From Candidatus Uhrbacteria bacterium (lineage in GTDB: Bacteria; Patescibacteriota; Patescibacteriia; UBA9934): a stretch of 48,600 nt of DNA. The notes below the pieces were generated by a model, which saw only the letters and a program-made list of their open reading frames with translations, was not told where the DNA came from and searched no databases. Of the stretch, positions 1-10,214 are shown one piece after another (the stretch's first letter is position 1; every line of letters begins with the position of its first letter). Made by a program: the position numbers and the translations under genes. The stretch lies in contig DOZH01000012.1 of the NCBI GenBank assembly GCA_003518105.1, forward strand, positions 1 to 48,600. The letters run 5' to 3'.

Positions 1-95
1 TTTAGACGATCGACAATTATTATTTTAGTGAATTGTCGACATATAAACGCGCGTCCCTCGGTCGACAGAAGTGACATCCCACTCGTCTTCGTTGA

Positions 96-572
96 CTACA
101 GGCTCGGCTTCTTTTCGTGTTGGGCTTCGTTCTTGTCGGCATCCTTAAGCTCACCGGCAGCAACCATAGCCTTGTAGACAGCACCAAGGACACCGTTGAC
201 GAATTTGCCAGAAGCGTCGCCACCAAAGGTTTTACCGAGTTCGATAGCTTCATTGATGGCGACTTTGGAGGGAATAGCGCTGTCGTACTTAAGCTCAAAC
301 ATGCCAAGGCGCAAAATATTGCGGTCCATGACGGTCATGCCGGAGACGGTCCAGTTCGGGGCGAAACGTTCGAGGTCTGCGTCGAGCTCGGCCACTTTGC
401 TGACGATTGCTTCAACTTGGCGCTCAACGTAGCCGCCGTCGTCAAAATCTTTGGCGAATTCTTGCTTAACGTAGGCAACTAGTTCGGGGATACGACTCGT
501 GTCCTGGCCGCGAAAGTCCCATTCATAGAGGGCTTGCATGGCCATGGTGCGAGCGAGATGGCGATTAGACAT
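96..572 (-). CDS. nusB: Transcription antitermination factor NusB
   Basis: N-terminal [45 protein letters not shown] motifs. Confidence 0.97.
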   Translation of the reverse strand: MSNRHLARTMAMQALYEWDFRGQDTSRIPELVAYVKQEFAKDFDDGGYVERQVEAIVSKVAELDADLERFAPNWTVSGMTVMDRNILRLGMFELKYDSAIPSKVAINEAIELGKTFGGDASGKFVNGVLGAVYKAMVAAGELKDADKNEAQHEKKPSL

Positions 573-645
573 AGGTGTGGACAGTATACCTCGATTGGGG
601 TGAAAACGAAAAGCGTCCCGAGCCTAGGCCCGGAACGCTCGTCAA

Positions 646-951
646 CTATTCAGCTTTTTTGCTAGCTTTTGGAGCCTTTGGGGCTTTGGCAGCTTTTGGC
701 GCCTTGGCAACCTTGGCAGCTTTTTCTGCCTTAGGAGCTGCAGACTTAGTCAGCTTGAGCTTGCGAGCCACAGCGTCGACGCTACCTTTGGCTGTGCGGC
801 CATTGTAGTTGTGACACTTAGGGCAAGCGTGATGAGCTAACACGTCGGCGCTACAGACCTTACATTTATCAATGATAACGGCCTTGAGCGCGTGGTGACT
901 ACGGCGTCGGCGGACCTTGGAACGTGAACTTCGGAATGACGGTAATGGCAT
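646..951 (-). CDS. rpmF: 50S ribosomal protein L32 with Lys/Ala/Pro-rich C-terminal extension
   Basis: SRSKVRRRRSH, CxxC...HHACPKC..YNGR; tail of KAAK/KAPK repeats. Confidence 0.93.
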   Translation of the reverse strand: MPLPSFRSSRSKVRRRRSHHALKAVIIDKCKVCSADVLAHHACPKCHNYNGRTAKGSVDAVARKLKLTKSAAPKAEKAAKVAKAPKAAKAPKAPKASKKAE

Positions 952-1005
952 AGAAGTATAATTTCTGTGAAAATTCTATAGAATTCATTCAGTAAAACTG
1001 GCTAA

Positions 1006-1034
1006 ATAGTAGTCTCTTAGCTAAAAAACGTCAA
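1006..1034 (-). promoter_or_regulatory. Sigma70-type promoter of rpmF
   Basis: TTGACG-17 nt-TACTAT on minus strand. Confidence 0.6.
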
Positions 1035-1037
1035 GCG

Positions 1038-2171
1038 CTACACCCTCCCCGCCTGGCCTTGCTGGCTCATTTTACGCACGATTGCTACTAGTTCGTTGCC
1101 TTTGGCGAGGGGTTGGCCAGGGAGGTTAGTGCCGTTTGAGCTGCCCTTCTTACTGTAACCACCCGAGACGGCGACCGCGTTTTGGATGGTAACGGTACAG
1201 AGCCCAAAAAGGCGTTCAATAAGGCTTTGCTTAATTAGGACGTCTTGAATGGAGGAATATGGCATATGGGCCTCGCGCTTGCTAATAATGCCGGTGCGGA
1301 CCTCCAAAAAGTCTGGAGTAAAGACCCAGGAGAAGTTAGCCTTCCAGAGTAAGGTGCCGCCAACCTGGAGGCCAAAGATGACGAAGAAAATGACGATCAC
1401 GCCCAACAGAATAGAGATATCACCGGTCATTGATGAAACACCGGAAAAGAACTGGAAGCCGAAGAAAGCTACTAGCACGATGGTGGTGAAGAGAGAACTG
1501 ATAACGGAACTGATGAGCCATTTTGGATCTATCGGGAATGTTTCGGAGGAGACGTTGTTGGTCGAGCTCAGCTCGATTGGTGAGTTTGCGGCCAAAGCTG
1601 AGCTTTGGCTTGGCGCGGGAACTGCTGAGCTTTGGCTGGGAGTATTTATGCTCGAGAGCAAGAAGTTCTTGAGAGAGTCGGCGGTCGCGGCGTCAACACC
1701 GTCAATGTGGGCTTCGATACCGCTAGTGACAGTGGCGCTGGCGATGTGGACGTCGTAAAGGCCCATGATACGGTCAAAGAGGTCCTGGTCGACGTAGACG
1801 TCTTGGATTTTTTGGTACATGACGTGAATTTCTGACGGAGTGAAGACGCCTTTGCGGATGGTGAGGTAGCCCTCGCCAGCGTCGTAGAAGTAAGTGCGGA
1901 TGTAGACTTTGAAGTACCAAGCACTAAAACCAAATAACACCATGGCCAGCAAAACAAAACCAAGTAAGAAGAAGATTGGGAAGTTAATTAAAATTGGTTC
2001 GCCGTCTGTCTTCAGAAGAACAGGATAAATCATGGCAATCATGCCACAAAAACCACCGAAGATGACTGACAGGACGCCGTTGCCGATGATACTACCGAGC
2101 ATTTTCTTCCAAAACTTTCTGGGACTGAGTGGATGCTTTTCTTTAAAGGCGGAGGTGACAGCTGGGAACAT
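1038..2171 (-). CDS. Membrane protein with two bacterial PH (bPH_2, YdbS/YdbT-like) domains
   Basis: Two repeats of TM pair + IRKG/VRTG..H..Y..IQDV..Q.L..R..GL; low-complexity linker between them. Confidence 0.85.
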   Translation of the reverse strand: MFPAVTSAFKEKHPLSPRKFWKKMLGSIIGNGVLSVIFGGFCGMIAMIYPVLLKTDGEPILINFPIFFLLGFVLLAMVLFGFSAWYFKVYIRTYFYDAGEGYLTIRKGVFTPSEIHVMYQKIQDVYVDQDLFDRIMGLYDVHIASATVTSGIEAHIDGVDAATADSLKNFLLSSINTPSQSSAVPAPSQSSALAANSPIELSSTNNVSSETFPIDPKWLISSVISSLFTTIVLVAFFGFQFFSGVSSMTGDISILLGVIVIFFVIFGLQVGGTLLWKANFSWVFTPDFLEVRTGIISKREAHMPYSSIQDVLIKQSLIERLFGLCTVTIQNAVAVSGGYSKKGSSNGTNLPGQPLAKGNELVAIVRKMSQQGQAGRV

Positions 2172-2181
2172 AGGCTAACGG

Positions 2182-2649
2182 TTAATAGCGAACTAATCTC
2201 TGATGCTTCAAGGCGAGGTGGACGAGGATAGTGACGATGATGGCGATAATGATGGAACCGATGATGTCGACCAGGTGGTGGACGCCAGCAGCGACGCGAG
2301 ATAAGCCGACCAGGAGTGCGACGAGGCCGATTAGATAACTGGCTTTGCGGTGATAAACGAACATGAGGGTAGCACAGGCGGCAACGAGGAGGGTATGATC
2401 TGAGGGAAAGCCGTTGTCCGCGGCGTGCGGGACAAGAGGCGTGAAGTTGCCGACGACGAAGGGGCGAGGGTCAAAGTAAAACTGGCTCGTGAGGCGAGAA
2501 ACGAGGAAGATGAGGGGTAAAGAGATAATCGCTAAGATGATGAAGCTCTTTCGCTGCGAATGCGAGAGTTTATAAAAATAATAGAGCGTGAGGGCCACGA
2601 CCACAAGGTAGAGGTACTTGGCGCCGAAGATGATTAACGTATCCAACAT
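2182..2649 (-). CDS. PAP2-family phosphatase (BcrC-like undecaprenyl-diphosphatase)
   Basis: PRPF, FPSDH, SRVAAGVHHLVD motifs; hydrophobic. Confidence 0.9.
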   Translation of the reverse strand: MLDTLIIFGAKYLYLVVVALTLYYFYKLSHSQRKSFIILAIISLPLIFLVSRLTSQFYFDPRPFVVGNFTPLVPHAADNGFPSDHTLLVAACATLMFVYHRKASYLIGLVALLVGLSRVAAGVHHLVDIIGSIIIAIIVTILVHLALKHQRLVRY

Positions 2650-2681
2650 AGCGATTTTTTACTAAGTGTATTCTACCACAA

Positions 2682-2726
2682 ATCCCGAACTCTATAATTT
2701 CGAGCTGAGCTCGAACGAGTCCGGGA
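2682..2726 (-). terminator. Hairpin downstream of gyrA containing a TCGAGC-TGA-GCTCGA palindrome
   Basis: tcccgaactc ... gagtccggga arms enclose a 15-bp palindrome at 2700-2714. Confidence 0.5.
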
Positions 2727-2744
2727 CTTGAGTGATTGGGCCAA

Positions 2745-5288
2745 TTATTCCACTACTTTGTCGTCCCCACCGACCATGGTGACAGTGACCACAGTGTCAC
2801 CAGCCGTCTTGAAACGCATCACGCGGACGCCCTGGGTGGCGCGACCGATGAGTGAGACGGATTTGACCGAGAGGCGGATGACTTGGCCGCCGCGGCTGAC
2901 CATGAGGAGGTCGCGAGGGTCGTCGTTTTTGACAATGTAAGCACCGGCGAGCTGGCCAGTTTTGGCGGTGACCATGGCCGTTTTTACGCCTTGGCCGCCG
3001 CGGTTTTGCACGCCGTATTCTTCAATGTCGGTGCGTTTACCTAAGCCGTTCTCCATGATGACTAGGAGCTGACGGCCTTCCTTGACGGCGTCTTGGTTCA
3101 TGACTTCCATGCCGACCACGTAGTCGTCGCCCTTGAGCTTAATGCCCCTGACGCCGCTCGCGACACGACCCATTGGCCGGACGTCGTTCTCGCTGAAGCG
3201 AATGGACATGGCCTTGTTGGTGACGAGCATGATGTCGTCCTTGCCGCCCGAGGTGCGGACCCATTCCAAGTTGTCGCCGTCGTTCAGTTTAATAGCGATG
3301 AGGCCCGACTTGCGGACGTTCTCGAAGTCTTCGAGCTTGGTTTTCTTGATGGTTCCGCGGTTGGTGACCATGATGATGTACTTGGCTTTGGCGGCTTTGA
3401 GGTCACCGTTCAAGACGGCCGAGACCTTTTCACCTGGGGCCAGCTCCAAGAAGTTGACGATAGCCTGACCCTTGGCCGTGCGTGAGGCCTCAGGAATGTC
3501 GTAGGCCTTGAGGCGGAAGACGCGACCACGGGAGGTAAAGAACATCATGTCCTGGTGGGTGGTAGCGGTGTAGATAGCTTCGATTTGGTCTTCTTCCTTG
3601 GTGGTGAGACCAATCACGCCCTTGCCGCCTCTCCCCTGTTGGCTAAAGGTGTCTGGTGGCAGACGCTTAATGTAGCCGTCCTTGGTCATCATAATAACGG
3701 CTGGGACATCTGGAATGATGTCTTCCATGCTGAACTCCTTAATGCCGTTCCGCATGATTTGGGTGCGGCGTGGGCTAGGATATTTAGCCATGAGCTCAAG
3801 AGTCTCGTCCTTAATGACGCCCAACATGCGCTTCTCGCTGGCCAAGATAGCCATGAGTTCCTTCATGATTTTGAGCTTTTCTTGATATTCTTCCTCAATA
3901 CGCAAACGTTCCAAGTTAGCCAAAGCCTGCAAACGCATCTCCAAAATGGCCACGGCCTGACGTTCCGTCATTTTGAACTTGGTCATGAGGTTCACACGAG
4001 CCTCATCTTTGTCCTTGCTCTTTTTGATGGTGGCGATAACTTCGTCGATGCGCTCCAAGGCGATGCGCAAGCCCTCCAAAATGTGCAAACGGTCCTTAAT
4101 TTTGTCGAGCTCGAACTGAGTGCGGCGCTTCACCACTTCGCGGCGGTGTTTGAGCCATTCCTCTAAAATCATTTTGACGTTGAGGATGCGGGGCTGAATA
4201 CCGTCGACCAAAGCCAACATGTTGTAGTGGAAAGTGGTCTGGAGTGCTGTCGACTGGAACAAGCGGTTAAGCACTTTGCGGGGGTAAGCATCTTTTTTGA
4301 GTTCAATGACTACACGGACACCTTCCTTGTTACTTTCGTCGCGGAGGTCGCGAATGCCTTCGAGTTTTTTGTCGCGAATAAGATCCGCCATTTTCTCAAT
4401 CATGGCCGCTTTGTTGACCATGTATGGCACTTCCGTGATGACAATCATGCTCATGCCCTTTTTATCTTCCACAATCTCGGCTACGGCACGAGTCACCACA
4501 CCGCCACGACCGGTGGAATAGGCGGCACGAATGTCCGCGTGCGAGTAAGCAATACCGCCGGTTGGAAAGTCTGGACCTTTAATGTGTTCAAGCAAATCTT
4601 CGACCGTAGCTTCCGGGTTCTCGATGAGATGAATGACAGCATTACAAACCTCGCCCAAGTTATGAGGCGGAATGTTGGTGGCCATACCGACCGCAATACC
4701 CAAAGTACCGTTGACCAACAAGTTAGGAAACTTGGCTGGTAAAACGGAGGGTTCGTCGTGACTGGCGTCGTAGTTAGGGCGGAAGTCGACGGTATTCTTT
4801 TCAATATCTAGCAAAAGTTCTTCCGCGATGCTGGAAAGCTTGGCTTCAGTATAACGGTAGGCAGCCGCTGAGTCGCCGTCCATGGAACCGAAGTTTCCTT
4901 GGCCGGTGACGAGAGGCATGCGGTAGGAAAAATCCTGGGCCATGCGGACCATGGATTCGTAAACGGAAGAGTCGCCGTGTGGGTGATATTTACCGAGTAC
5001 TTCACCGACGATGGTGGCGGACTTACGGAACTTGGCGTTGGCACGGAGGCCAATACTCCACATAGCGTAGAGAATACGGCGGTGGACCGGCTTCATGCCG
5101 TCGCGGACGTCTGGCAAAGCGCGCGAGACGATGACGCTCATGGCGTAGTCCAAGTAAGCACGGCGCATTTCTTCGGAAATGTTTTGCGGCTGAATTTGCC
5201 CAATGGTGGTAGCAAACGGGGCGTCGATGACCACGCCTTCCGCGGTCTGACTAACTTTGCTTGTTTTGTGGGGAAGTTTTTTGGCCAT
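2745..5288 (-). CDS. gyrA: DNA gyrase subunit A
   Basis: [33 protein letters not shown] catalytic Tyr region, GyrA-box QGRGGKG and beta-pinwheel repeats. Confidence 0.99.
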   Translation of the reverse strand: MAKKLPHKTSKVSQTAEGVVIDAPFATTIGQIQPQNISEEMRRAYLDYAMSVIVSRALPDVRDGMKPVHRRILYAMWSIGLRANAKFRKSATIVGEVLGKYHPHGDSSVYESMVRMAQDFSYRMPLVTGQGNFGSMDGDSAAAYRYTEAKLSSIAEELLLDIEKNTVDFRPNYDASHDEPSVLPAKFPNLLVNGTLGIAVGMATNIPPHNLGEVCNAVIHLIENPEATVEDLLEHIKGPDFPTGGIAYSHADIRAAYSTGRGGVVTRAVAEIVEDKKGMSMIVITEVPYMVNKAAMIEKMADLIRDKKLEGIRDLRDESNKEGVRVVIELKKDAYPRKVLNRLFQSTALQTTFHYNMLALVDGIQPRILNVKMILEEWLKHRREVVKRRTQFELDKIKDRLHILEGLRIALERIDEVIATIKKSKDKDEARVNLMTKFKMTERQAVAILEMRLQALANLERLRIEEEYQEKLKIMKELMAILASEKRMLGVIKDETLELMAKYPSPRRTQIMRNGIKEFSMEDIIPDVPAVIMMTKDGYIKRLPPDTFSQQGRGGKGVIGLTTKEEDQIEAIYTATTHQDMMFFTSRGRVFRLKAYDIPEASRTAKGQAIVNFLELAPGEKVSAVLNGDLKAAKAKYIIMVTNRGTIKKTKLEDFENVRKSGLIAIKLNDGDNLEWVRTSGGKDDIMLVTNKAMSIRFSENDVRPMGRVASGVRGIKLKGDDYVVGMEVMNQDAVKEGRQLLVIMENGLGKRTDIEEYGVQNRGGQGVKTAMVTAKTGQLAGAYIVKNDDPRDLLMVSRGGQVIRLSVKSVSLIGRATQGVRVMRFKTAGDTVVTVTMVGGDDKVVE

Positions 5289-5295
5289 ACAGCAA

Positions 5296-5583
5296 TTACG
5301 GAGTTACAGGTTGGTTCACAGTGGCTTGAATGGCGTCACCAACGACCGACAGGGCTGGCTGAGGTGACGGTGCCGTGGCAACTGAGTCTTTTATAGTGTT
5401 AGTAAAACCGGAGAAATCAGTAGCCACCCGAGAGAGTTCGGCGCCATGGAAGGCATTCTTGAGCTGTAGAAACCAGATAGCCAGGACGAGGATGAGTCCA
5501 GCCACGAGCAACATGATAAAGGCGCGACTTCGCTTGTGGTCAAGTCCAACGTCGAGCAGAATATGGCGTTGCTCCTCAGTCAT
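5296..5583 (-). CDS. Hypothetical single-TM protein
   Basis: Tightly packed in the operon upstream of gyrA; one hydrophobic segment. Confidence 0.75.
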   Translation of the reverse strand: MTEEQRHILLDVGLDHKRSRAFIMLLVAGLILVLAIWFLQLKNAFHGAELSRVATDFSGFTNTIKDSVATAPSPQPALSVVGDAIQATVNQPVTP

Positions 5584-5592
5584 AGAATTTGC

Positions 5593-6249
5593 TTAACCGC
5601 GAGCTAAAGTCACGATCTTCATGTCCTCTTCCGGCAGAGCAGCACGAGTCAATTTGAACTTAGTCAAAGCTTCCACAGGGCAAGAAATCTCACGGCAGAG
5701 AGCACTGACTTCGGCGTAAGGAGACGAGGCGCCTTCGGCTGAAACGTAGGACGGGATGATAAGACGTGGCTCGATCTGGGCAATGACTTCCGCGGCGGCC
5801 GAGGCAGCCAGGACATCGACGCCACCTGAGGGCACGATGAGAACGTCGATGTTGCCGAGCTGCTCGACCTCCTGATCCGTCAATGAACGATCGAGAGCAC
5901 CTAAGAAGCCGAGGCTCAAACCTTCCACGTCAAAGCGGTAGATAGTGTGCGATGTGCCGTCTTTCTTTGGCGTATGAACACCAGTGACAGCAATGCCGCG
6001 CACTTCAAATTCGCCAGCGTGAGAGACAATGAACGGTGAACGCTTGTCCTCCTCGTACTCGCGAGTGATGGCTGCTAAGTTATCCGTGTCGCTCCCCGCG
6101 TGACTCTGCACCACGATCGAGGCCGCGAGTGAACGTGGGAACTTTGGACCGTCTTCACGGGAAAACGGGTTCGTAACTAGGGTCACGTCACCGCTCGTGG
6201 ATTTCGCCGCGAGGGTGAAGCTCCCAAAACCATTCCAAGAAATCTGCAT
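5593..6249 (-). CDS. MBL-fold hydrolase-like protein (Lactamase_B_3-like) with degenerate metal ligands
   Basis: MQISWNG..SF, GEFEVRGI, IDVLIVP.GG, IEPRLIIP; canonical His ligands appear replaced. Confidence 0.8.
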   Translation of the reverse strand: MQISWNGFGSFTLAAKSTSGDVTLVTNPFSREDGPKFPRSLAASIVVQSHAGSDTDNLAAITREYEEDKRSPFIVSHAGEFEVRGIAVTGVHTPKKDGTSHTIYRFDVEGLSLGFLGALDRSLTDQEVEQLGNIDVLIVPSGGVDVLAASAAAEVIAQIEPRLIIPSYVSAEGASSPYAEVSALCREISCPVEALTKFKLTRAALPEEDMKIVTLARG

Positions 6250-6260
6250 ACGGCGGTATA

Positions 6261-6977
6261 TTACCCTACCAGCTCTTCGTCGACAACAGACCCACCTTCT
6301 TCCGCGTCTTCAGCGATGACAGTTTGGAAATAATCAATCTCCTGTTTAATCTCTTCTTCCACTGGATCACGCTCGGTAACAGACCAGCCTTCTTCCAGCT
6401 CCGCGACCTTGCCCAAAACTTCGTCGCGCCACTTGGGGTCACGCTCGGCCATGATTTTTAGAACGTCGATCTGCTTTTGCAAACGGTCTTCTTCTGCTTG
6501 CCACTTGGCGACGAGCTGTTCGTAGGTTTCCTGACGCTTAACGGCGCGTTCACTGCATTGTGAATTGAGAGCGTCGTGGGCTAGGAGGACGGCCTGTTCA
6601 ACAGAATAGCGCTCGCTTGAGGTGAGTTGGTCCTCAAACAAGGGGCTTTTGACGTAGTCCAAGATATGCACACCGTGCTGGGTGACGGCGTCGATTTTGG
6701 CCTTGACCTCGGGCTCGAGACGGTCAAAGACCAGCTTTTGCAGGCGGACTTCTTCGTCGTCGGCACAGAGCTCGTGGTAAGCCTGGCGGTAAGGGTATTC
6801 CTTGCGGCCAACGTGAACTAAAGCGTCGTGGATCTGCTTTTCACTGCTGTTTTCGTTGCCGGCTAGCTCGCTGTACAACTGTTGGGCTTCGAGCTTAACG
6901 GCCGGTGGGGTTAGCGGTACTAGCTTGTCGATAGCGATTTGGAACTCTTTGAGGAGATATTCATGAGGATGAGACAT
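6261..6977 (-). CDS. Hypothetical acidic coiled-coil protein
   Basis: Long ORF; start moved to ATG 6977, 9 nt after a TACCAT -10 box. Confidence 0.8.
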   Translation of the reverse strand: MSHPHEYLLKEFQIAIDKLVPLTPPAVKLEAQQLYSELAGNENSSEKQIHDALVHVGRKEYPYRQAYHELCADDEEVRLQKLVFDRLEPEVKAKIDAVTQHGVHILDYVKSPLFEDQLTSSERYSVEQAVLLAHDALNSQCSERAVKRQETYEQLVAKWQAEEDRLQKQIDVLKIMAERDPKWRDEVLGKVAELEEGWSVTERDPVEEEIKQEIDYFQTVIAEDAEEGGSVVDEELVG

Positions 6978-7009
6978 AGTGAGTATATGGTACCACAATG
7001 TAGAATTAA

Positions 7010-7165
7010 CTATTTCAATAATGCAGCCAGCTTCCTGCCAAGCTCGTTAATTTTCGGATTGTCGAAAATCAGTATTTCGATATCTGGATCACTTGTTGGA
7101 ATTATAGTGATTCCAGACTTAGTTTTCCGTTTCTTAGAATTTTCCCTAAAATAGTGCTTTTTCAT
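7010..7165 (-). CDS. Small 51-aa hypothetical protein (not in ORF track)
   Basis: MKKHYFRENSKKRKTKSGITIIPTSDPDIEILIFDNPKINELGRKLAALLK; fills the intergenic gap; TG-N-TATATT 6 nt before ATG. Confidence 0.6.
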   Translation of the reverse strand: MKKHYFRENSKKRKTKSGITIIPTSDPDIEILIFDNPKINELGRKLAALLK

Positions 7166-7210
7166 ACAACCAATATATCACAATTCATCGATTTACGGAC
7201 CATTTAAGCC

Positions 7211-7239
7211 TTGACCGAAAGGCTGCTTTCGGTTACACT
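7211..7239 (+). promoter_or_regulatory. rpsA promoter
   Basis: TTGACC-17 nt-TACACT. Confidence 0.65.
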
Positions 7240-7316
7240 TTTGGCACTTTTATAACTATTAACGCCAGGACTGACCGAGACCTTGTCATGAGGTTGAGCC
7301 CAGTCGGGATAAAAGT

Positions 7317-8441
7317 ATGAGTGCTACCAAGATGGATAACCTAATGGTTGAGGGTAATTATACCGTCATTCCAAAGTTGGGCGACATGGTAAAGGGCCGC
7401 GTGCTCTCCACCAAAGGCCGCGAAATCCGCGTTGACGTGAACGGTTTGGCCGTCGGCGTCGTGCGTGGTCGCGAGCTGTTTACAGAGGCTGAACTCTACA
7501 AGAACTTGAAGATTGGCGACATGGTGGAAGCTACCATCGTGGACGCTGAAAACGAGAACGGCGAAATTGAACTTTCCTTCCGCTACGCTGGCCAAAAGAA
7601 GGCTTGGGGCGATTTGGATGGTCTCCGCGTCAGTGGCGAAGCAGTGCCAGTCAAGGTGCTCGACGCTAACAAGGGCGGTTTGCTCGTCCGCGTTAACCAT
7701 GTGCAAGGTTTCTTGCCAGTTAGCCAGTTGGCTCCTGAGCACTACCCACGCGTGGCTGGTGGCGACAAGCAGAAGATTCTCGAAAAGCTTAAGAGCTTCG
7801 TCGGCGAAACCATGCGCGTGAAGATTTTGGACTTGAACGAGAGCGACGAAAAGCTGATCGTGTCCGAAAAGGCTATCTGGGAAGATGAACAGAAGAACGT
7901 GATTGCACAATGCCGCATTGGCGACGCAATTTCTGGCGAAGTAAGCGCCATTGCTGACTTCGGTGCTTTCGTGAAGTTCTATCCAAAGAATGCCACTTCC
8001 CCATTGGAAGGCTTGGTCCACATCTCCGAAATTGCTTGGCAGCGCATTGACCACCCGAAGGATGTCCTGAAGGTTGGTGACACCGTCCGCGCCGAAATTA
8101 TCGGTATTGAGGGCAGCAAGATTTTCCTCTCCATGAAGAAAATGATTGACGACCCATGGAAGGACGTCGCTCGCAAGTACAAGATTGGTGAATGGGTTGA
8201 GGGTAAAATCATCAAGGTAAACCCATTTGGTTTCTTCGTTGAGCTCGACCAGGACATTCAAGGCTTGGCCCACGTCAGCGAACTCTCTGACAAGCCAGTA
8301 GAAGACGTAACCACTCTCGGCAAGATTGGCGAAGTGCGTAAGTTCCGCATCGTCAGCATCGAAGCTGATGAGCACCGCCTTGGTCTCTCGTTGCGTGAAG
8401 AGCGTAGTGAAGAAGAGAAGGCGAAGGAGGTTAAGGAGTAA
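7317..8441 (+). CDS. rpsA: 30S ribosomal protein S1 (four S1 domains)
   Basis: NKGGLLV, GFLPVSQL, DFGAFV, EGLVHISEI, PFGFFV..GLAHVSEL. Confidence 0.96.
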   Translation: MSATKMDNLMVEGNYTVIPKLGDMVKGRVLSTKGREIRVDVNGLAVGVVRGRELFTEAELYKNLKIGDMVEATIVDAENENGEIELSFRYAGQKKAWGDLDGLRVSGEAVPVKVLDANKGGLLVRVNHVQGFLPVSQLAPEHYPRVAGGDKQKILEKLKSFVGETMRVKILDLNESDEKLIVSEKAIWEDEQKNVIAQCRIGDAISGEVSAIADFGAFVKFYPKNATSPLEGLVHISEIAWQRIDHPKDVLKVGDTVRAEIIGIEGSKIFLSMKKMIDDPWKDVARKYKIGEWVEGKIIKVNPFGFFVELDQDIQGLAHVSELSDKPVEDVTTLGKIGEVRKFRIVSIEADEHRLGLSLREERSEEEKAKEVKE

Positions 8442-8454
8442 ACAAGATATAAAG

Positions 8455-8489
8455 AAAGCACCGGGCCAGAGTTGGCTCGGTGCTTTTTT
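8455..8489 (+). terminator. Intrinsic terminator of rpsA
   Basis: aaagcaccgggcca-gagt-tggctcggtgc followed by T6. Confidence 0.85.
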
Positions 8490-8594
8490 GATTGACCAAA
8501 AGGCTTTTTTATGCTATATTGGATAGTCCGCTAAAACCCTGTTTTACAGGCTCAAACGACAATTTTACCGGCCGCTACGGCCTAAGGAGTCTTC

Positions 8595-8957
8595 GTGATT
8601 TACATCGAACCCCTCGTCGAGCTCGGTTTGTCGATCAGCCTAATCTGGCTACTGAATAAGTGGCGCTTGGCCATCTGGGACCACTTCCTGCTGGCCCGCA
8701 AGGCCGCCCTGCTCAGGCGCTCCCAGTTGCGGGCCATGACTTCGCCGAAGTCGCATAAGGCAGATGAGATGTCGCCCGAGATGGACGAACTCCAGGCGGG
8801 CATGATCGAAATCATCGCCTCGGCGAATGGCCAGATGGGGACGGTGGAGAACTACCTAACCGCCACCAACCCGCAGCCCACCGCGGCAGACGAGAAGGTT
8901 CGCCTGCGCTGGGAATTCGTCGCCTGGAGTTTCGGCGTGAACGTCTGGAGCGACTAG
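8595..8957 (+). CDS. Orphan protein with N-terminal TM segment
   Basis: Promoter TTGACC-17-TATATT (8492-8520), AAGGAG before GTG, long hairpin 8965-9017 after the stop. Confidence 0.75.
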   Translation: MIYIEPLVELGLSISLIWLLNKWRLAIWDHFLLARKAALLRRSQLRAMTSPKSHKADEMSPEMDELQAGMIEIIASANGQMGTVENYLTATNPQPTAADEKVRLRWEFVAWSFGVNVWSD

Positions 8958-8964
8958 CTCCGTT

Positions 8965-9017
8965 AATGCAGTATGTACTGAGTTGAGCCCGTCTGGGCTC
9001 CTCGTACATACTGCATT
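8965..9017 (+). terminator. Long hairpin after orphan gene
   Basis: aatgcagtatgtac / gtacatactgcatt perfect 14-bp arms with inner gagccc/gggctc. Confidence 0.7.
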
Positions 9018-9062
9018 TGTCGTTATTGATTATAAAGTTCAGAATGCTACAACGTCGGCATT

Positions 9063-9719
9063 ATGAAAACTATCGTTATTACTGGAGCGAGCAGAGGAAT
9101 TGGGCGGGCGTTAGCGGAAAGGTTTTTAGCGGAGGGAGAGAGGGTGATTGGGACTTCGCAAAGTGGGACGGCGGATTATGAGCACCCGAACCTGATTATG
9201 GTTCAGCTGGAGTTAGCGAGTGTAGAGAGTCGGGAGAGTTGTACGGCGAGGATTGGTGAATTGACCGAGTCGATTGATATTCTCATTAATAATGCGGGTA
9301 TTTGGCAGCCGGCTGACGATAAGGCGATTATTGATGTGGCAGTTTTGCAGGAGACACTTGAGGTCAATATGATTGGTCCGATTGATTTTACAGAACGGGT
9401 GTTGTTGATGGTTAAAAAAGGTGGTCAGATTATCAACCTGTCTTCACGCCGCGGTTCGATGGCTTACACTACTGCTGATTTGTATCCATGTTATTGCATC
9501 TCCAAGGCTGGGATCAATATGTTTACTCGTCTGTTGGCAGCTAGGTTGAAGAATAAGATTACAGTTTCGGCGGTGCATCCAGGCGTCGTTAAGACTGAGA
9601 TGAGCGACTGGAAAGGTGAATTAACCGCGGCCGAAGCGGCTGATGATATTTATAAGCTAGCGATGAAGTATAAGGAGACTGGAATGTTTTGGTATAAGGG
9701 TGAGATTTTTCCTTGGTAA
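9063..9719 (+). CDS. Short-chain dehydrogenase/reductase (CsgA-like)
   Basis: TGASRGIG, NNAG, YCISK, VHPG.VKT. Confidence 0.95.
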   Translation: MKTIVITGASRGIGRALAERFLAEGERVIGTSQSGTADYEHPNLIMVQLELASVESRESCTARIGELTESIDILINNAGIWQPADDKAIIDVAVLQETLEVNMIGPIDFTERVLLMVKKGGQIINLSSRRGSMAYTTADLYPCYCISKAGINMFTRLLAARLKNKITVSAVHPGVVKTEMSDWKGELTAAEAADDIYKLAMKYKETGMFWYKGEIFPW

Positions 9720-9721
9720 AT

Positions 9722-9988
9722 TTAAGTATCGTAAACATCATGTGGACCAACGGTGAGAAGATGAGCTTCTCGAGGTTTAGTGGTGGTGTAGCAGAAAACT
9801 ATGCGGATGCTTGGAGTAACCGAGAAGCCGTAGCGATCCTTGAGGCGACCGTGGAGCTTATGAACACCGAGAGTTTGGTGATTTTTTAGATCGGCGAATA
9901 GTAGAACTTTAGCAATGACAGTTGCTTGGACAGTAGGGGTGAGTGCCTTGAGACGACGAAGGAACATTGGCTGATAAACAATGTCCAT
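9722..9988 (-). CDS. RelE/ParE-superfamily toxin
   Basis: 88 aa basic; HKLHGRLKDRYGFSV..IRIVF..VGPHDVY; downstream of a small RHH gene. Confidence 0.85.
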   Translation of the reverse strand: MDIVYQPMFLRRLKALTPTVQATVIAKVLLFADLKNHQTLGVHKLHGRLKDRYGFSVTPSIRIVFCYTTTKPREAHLLTVGPHDVYDT

Positions 9989-9992
9989 AACG

Positions 9993-10214
9993 CTATTTAA
10001 TTTTAGCTAGAATTGTCCGTAAGTCCCCCTTGATTCCCTTCCCTTCACACATTTCTTGTTCAGCAATAAGAACATCTTCCACGGCTCGATCCTCCGCATA
10101 ACGAGCCAAGGCCTGACGGACGACTTCAGCTTTAGTTGAGGCATCGCCGCGTTTTACTAGGCTATTAATGAAGTTGACGATGTCGGATGAGACTGGAATA
10201 GAGAGAGTAATCAT
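9993..10214 (-). CDS. Ribbon-helix-helix (ParD/CopG-like) antitoxin
   Basis: TLSIPV..LVKRG.ASTKAEVVRQAL pattern; 4 nt upstream of the toxin. Confidence 0.8.
   Translation of the reverse strand: MITLSIPVSSDIVNFINSLVKRGDASTKAEVVRQALARYAEDRAVEDVLIAEQEMCEGKGIKGDLRTILAKIK

Noticed and set aside
11-39. Inverted repeat CGACAATT...AATTGTCG at the window edge
   Set aside because: Context is truncated, so no function can be assigned.
3093-5396. Several plus-strand ORFs of 100-200 aa
   Set aside because: Antisense shadows of gyrA.
7341-8375. 344-aa antisense ORF
   Set aside because: Mirror frame of rpsA; no recognisable motifs.
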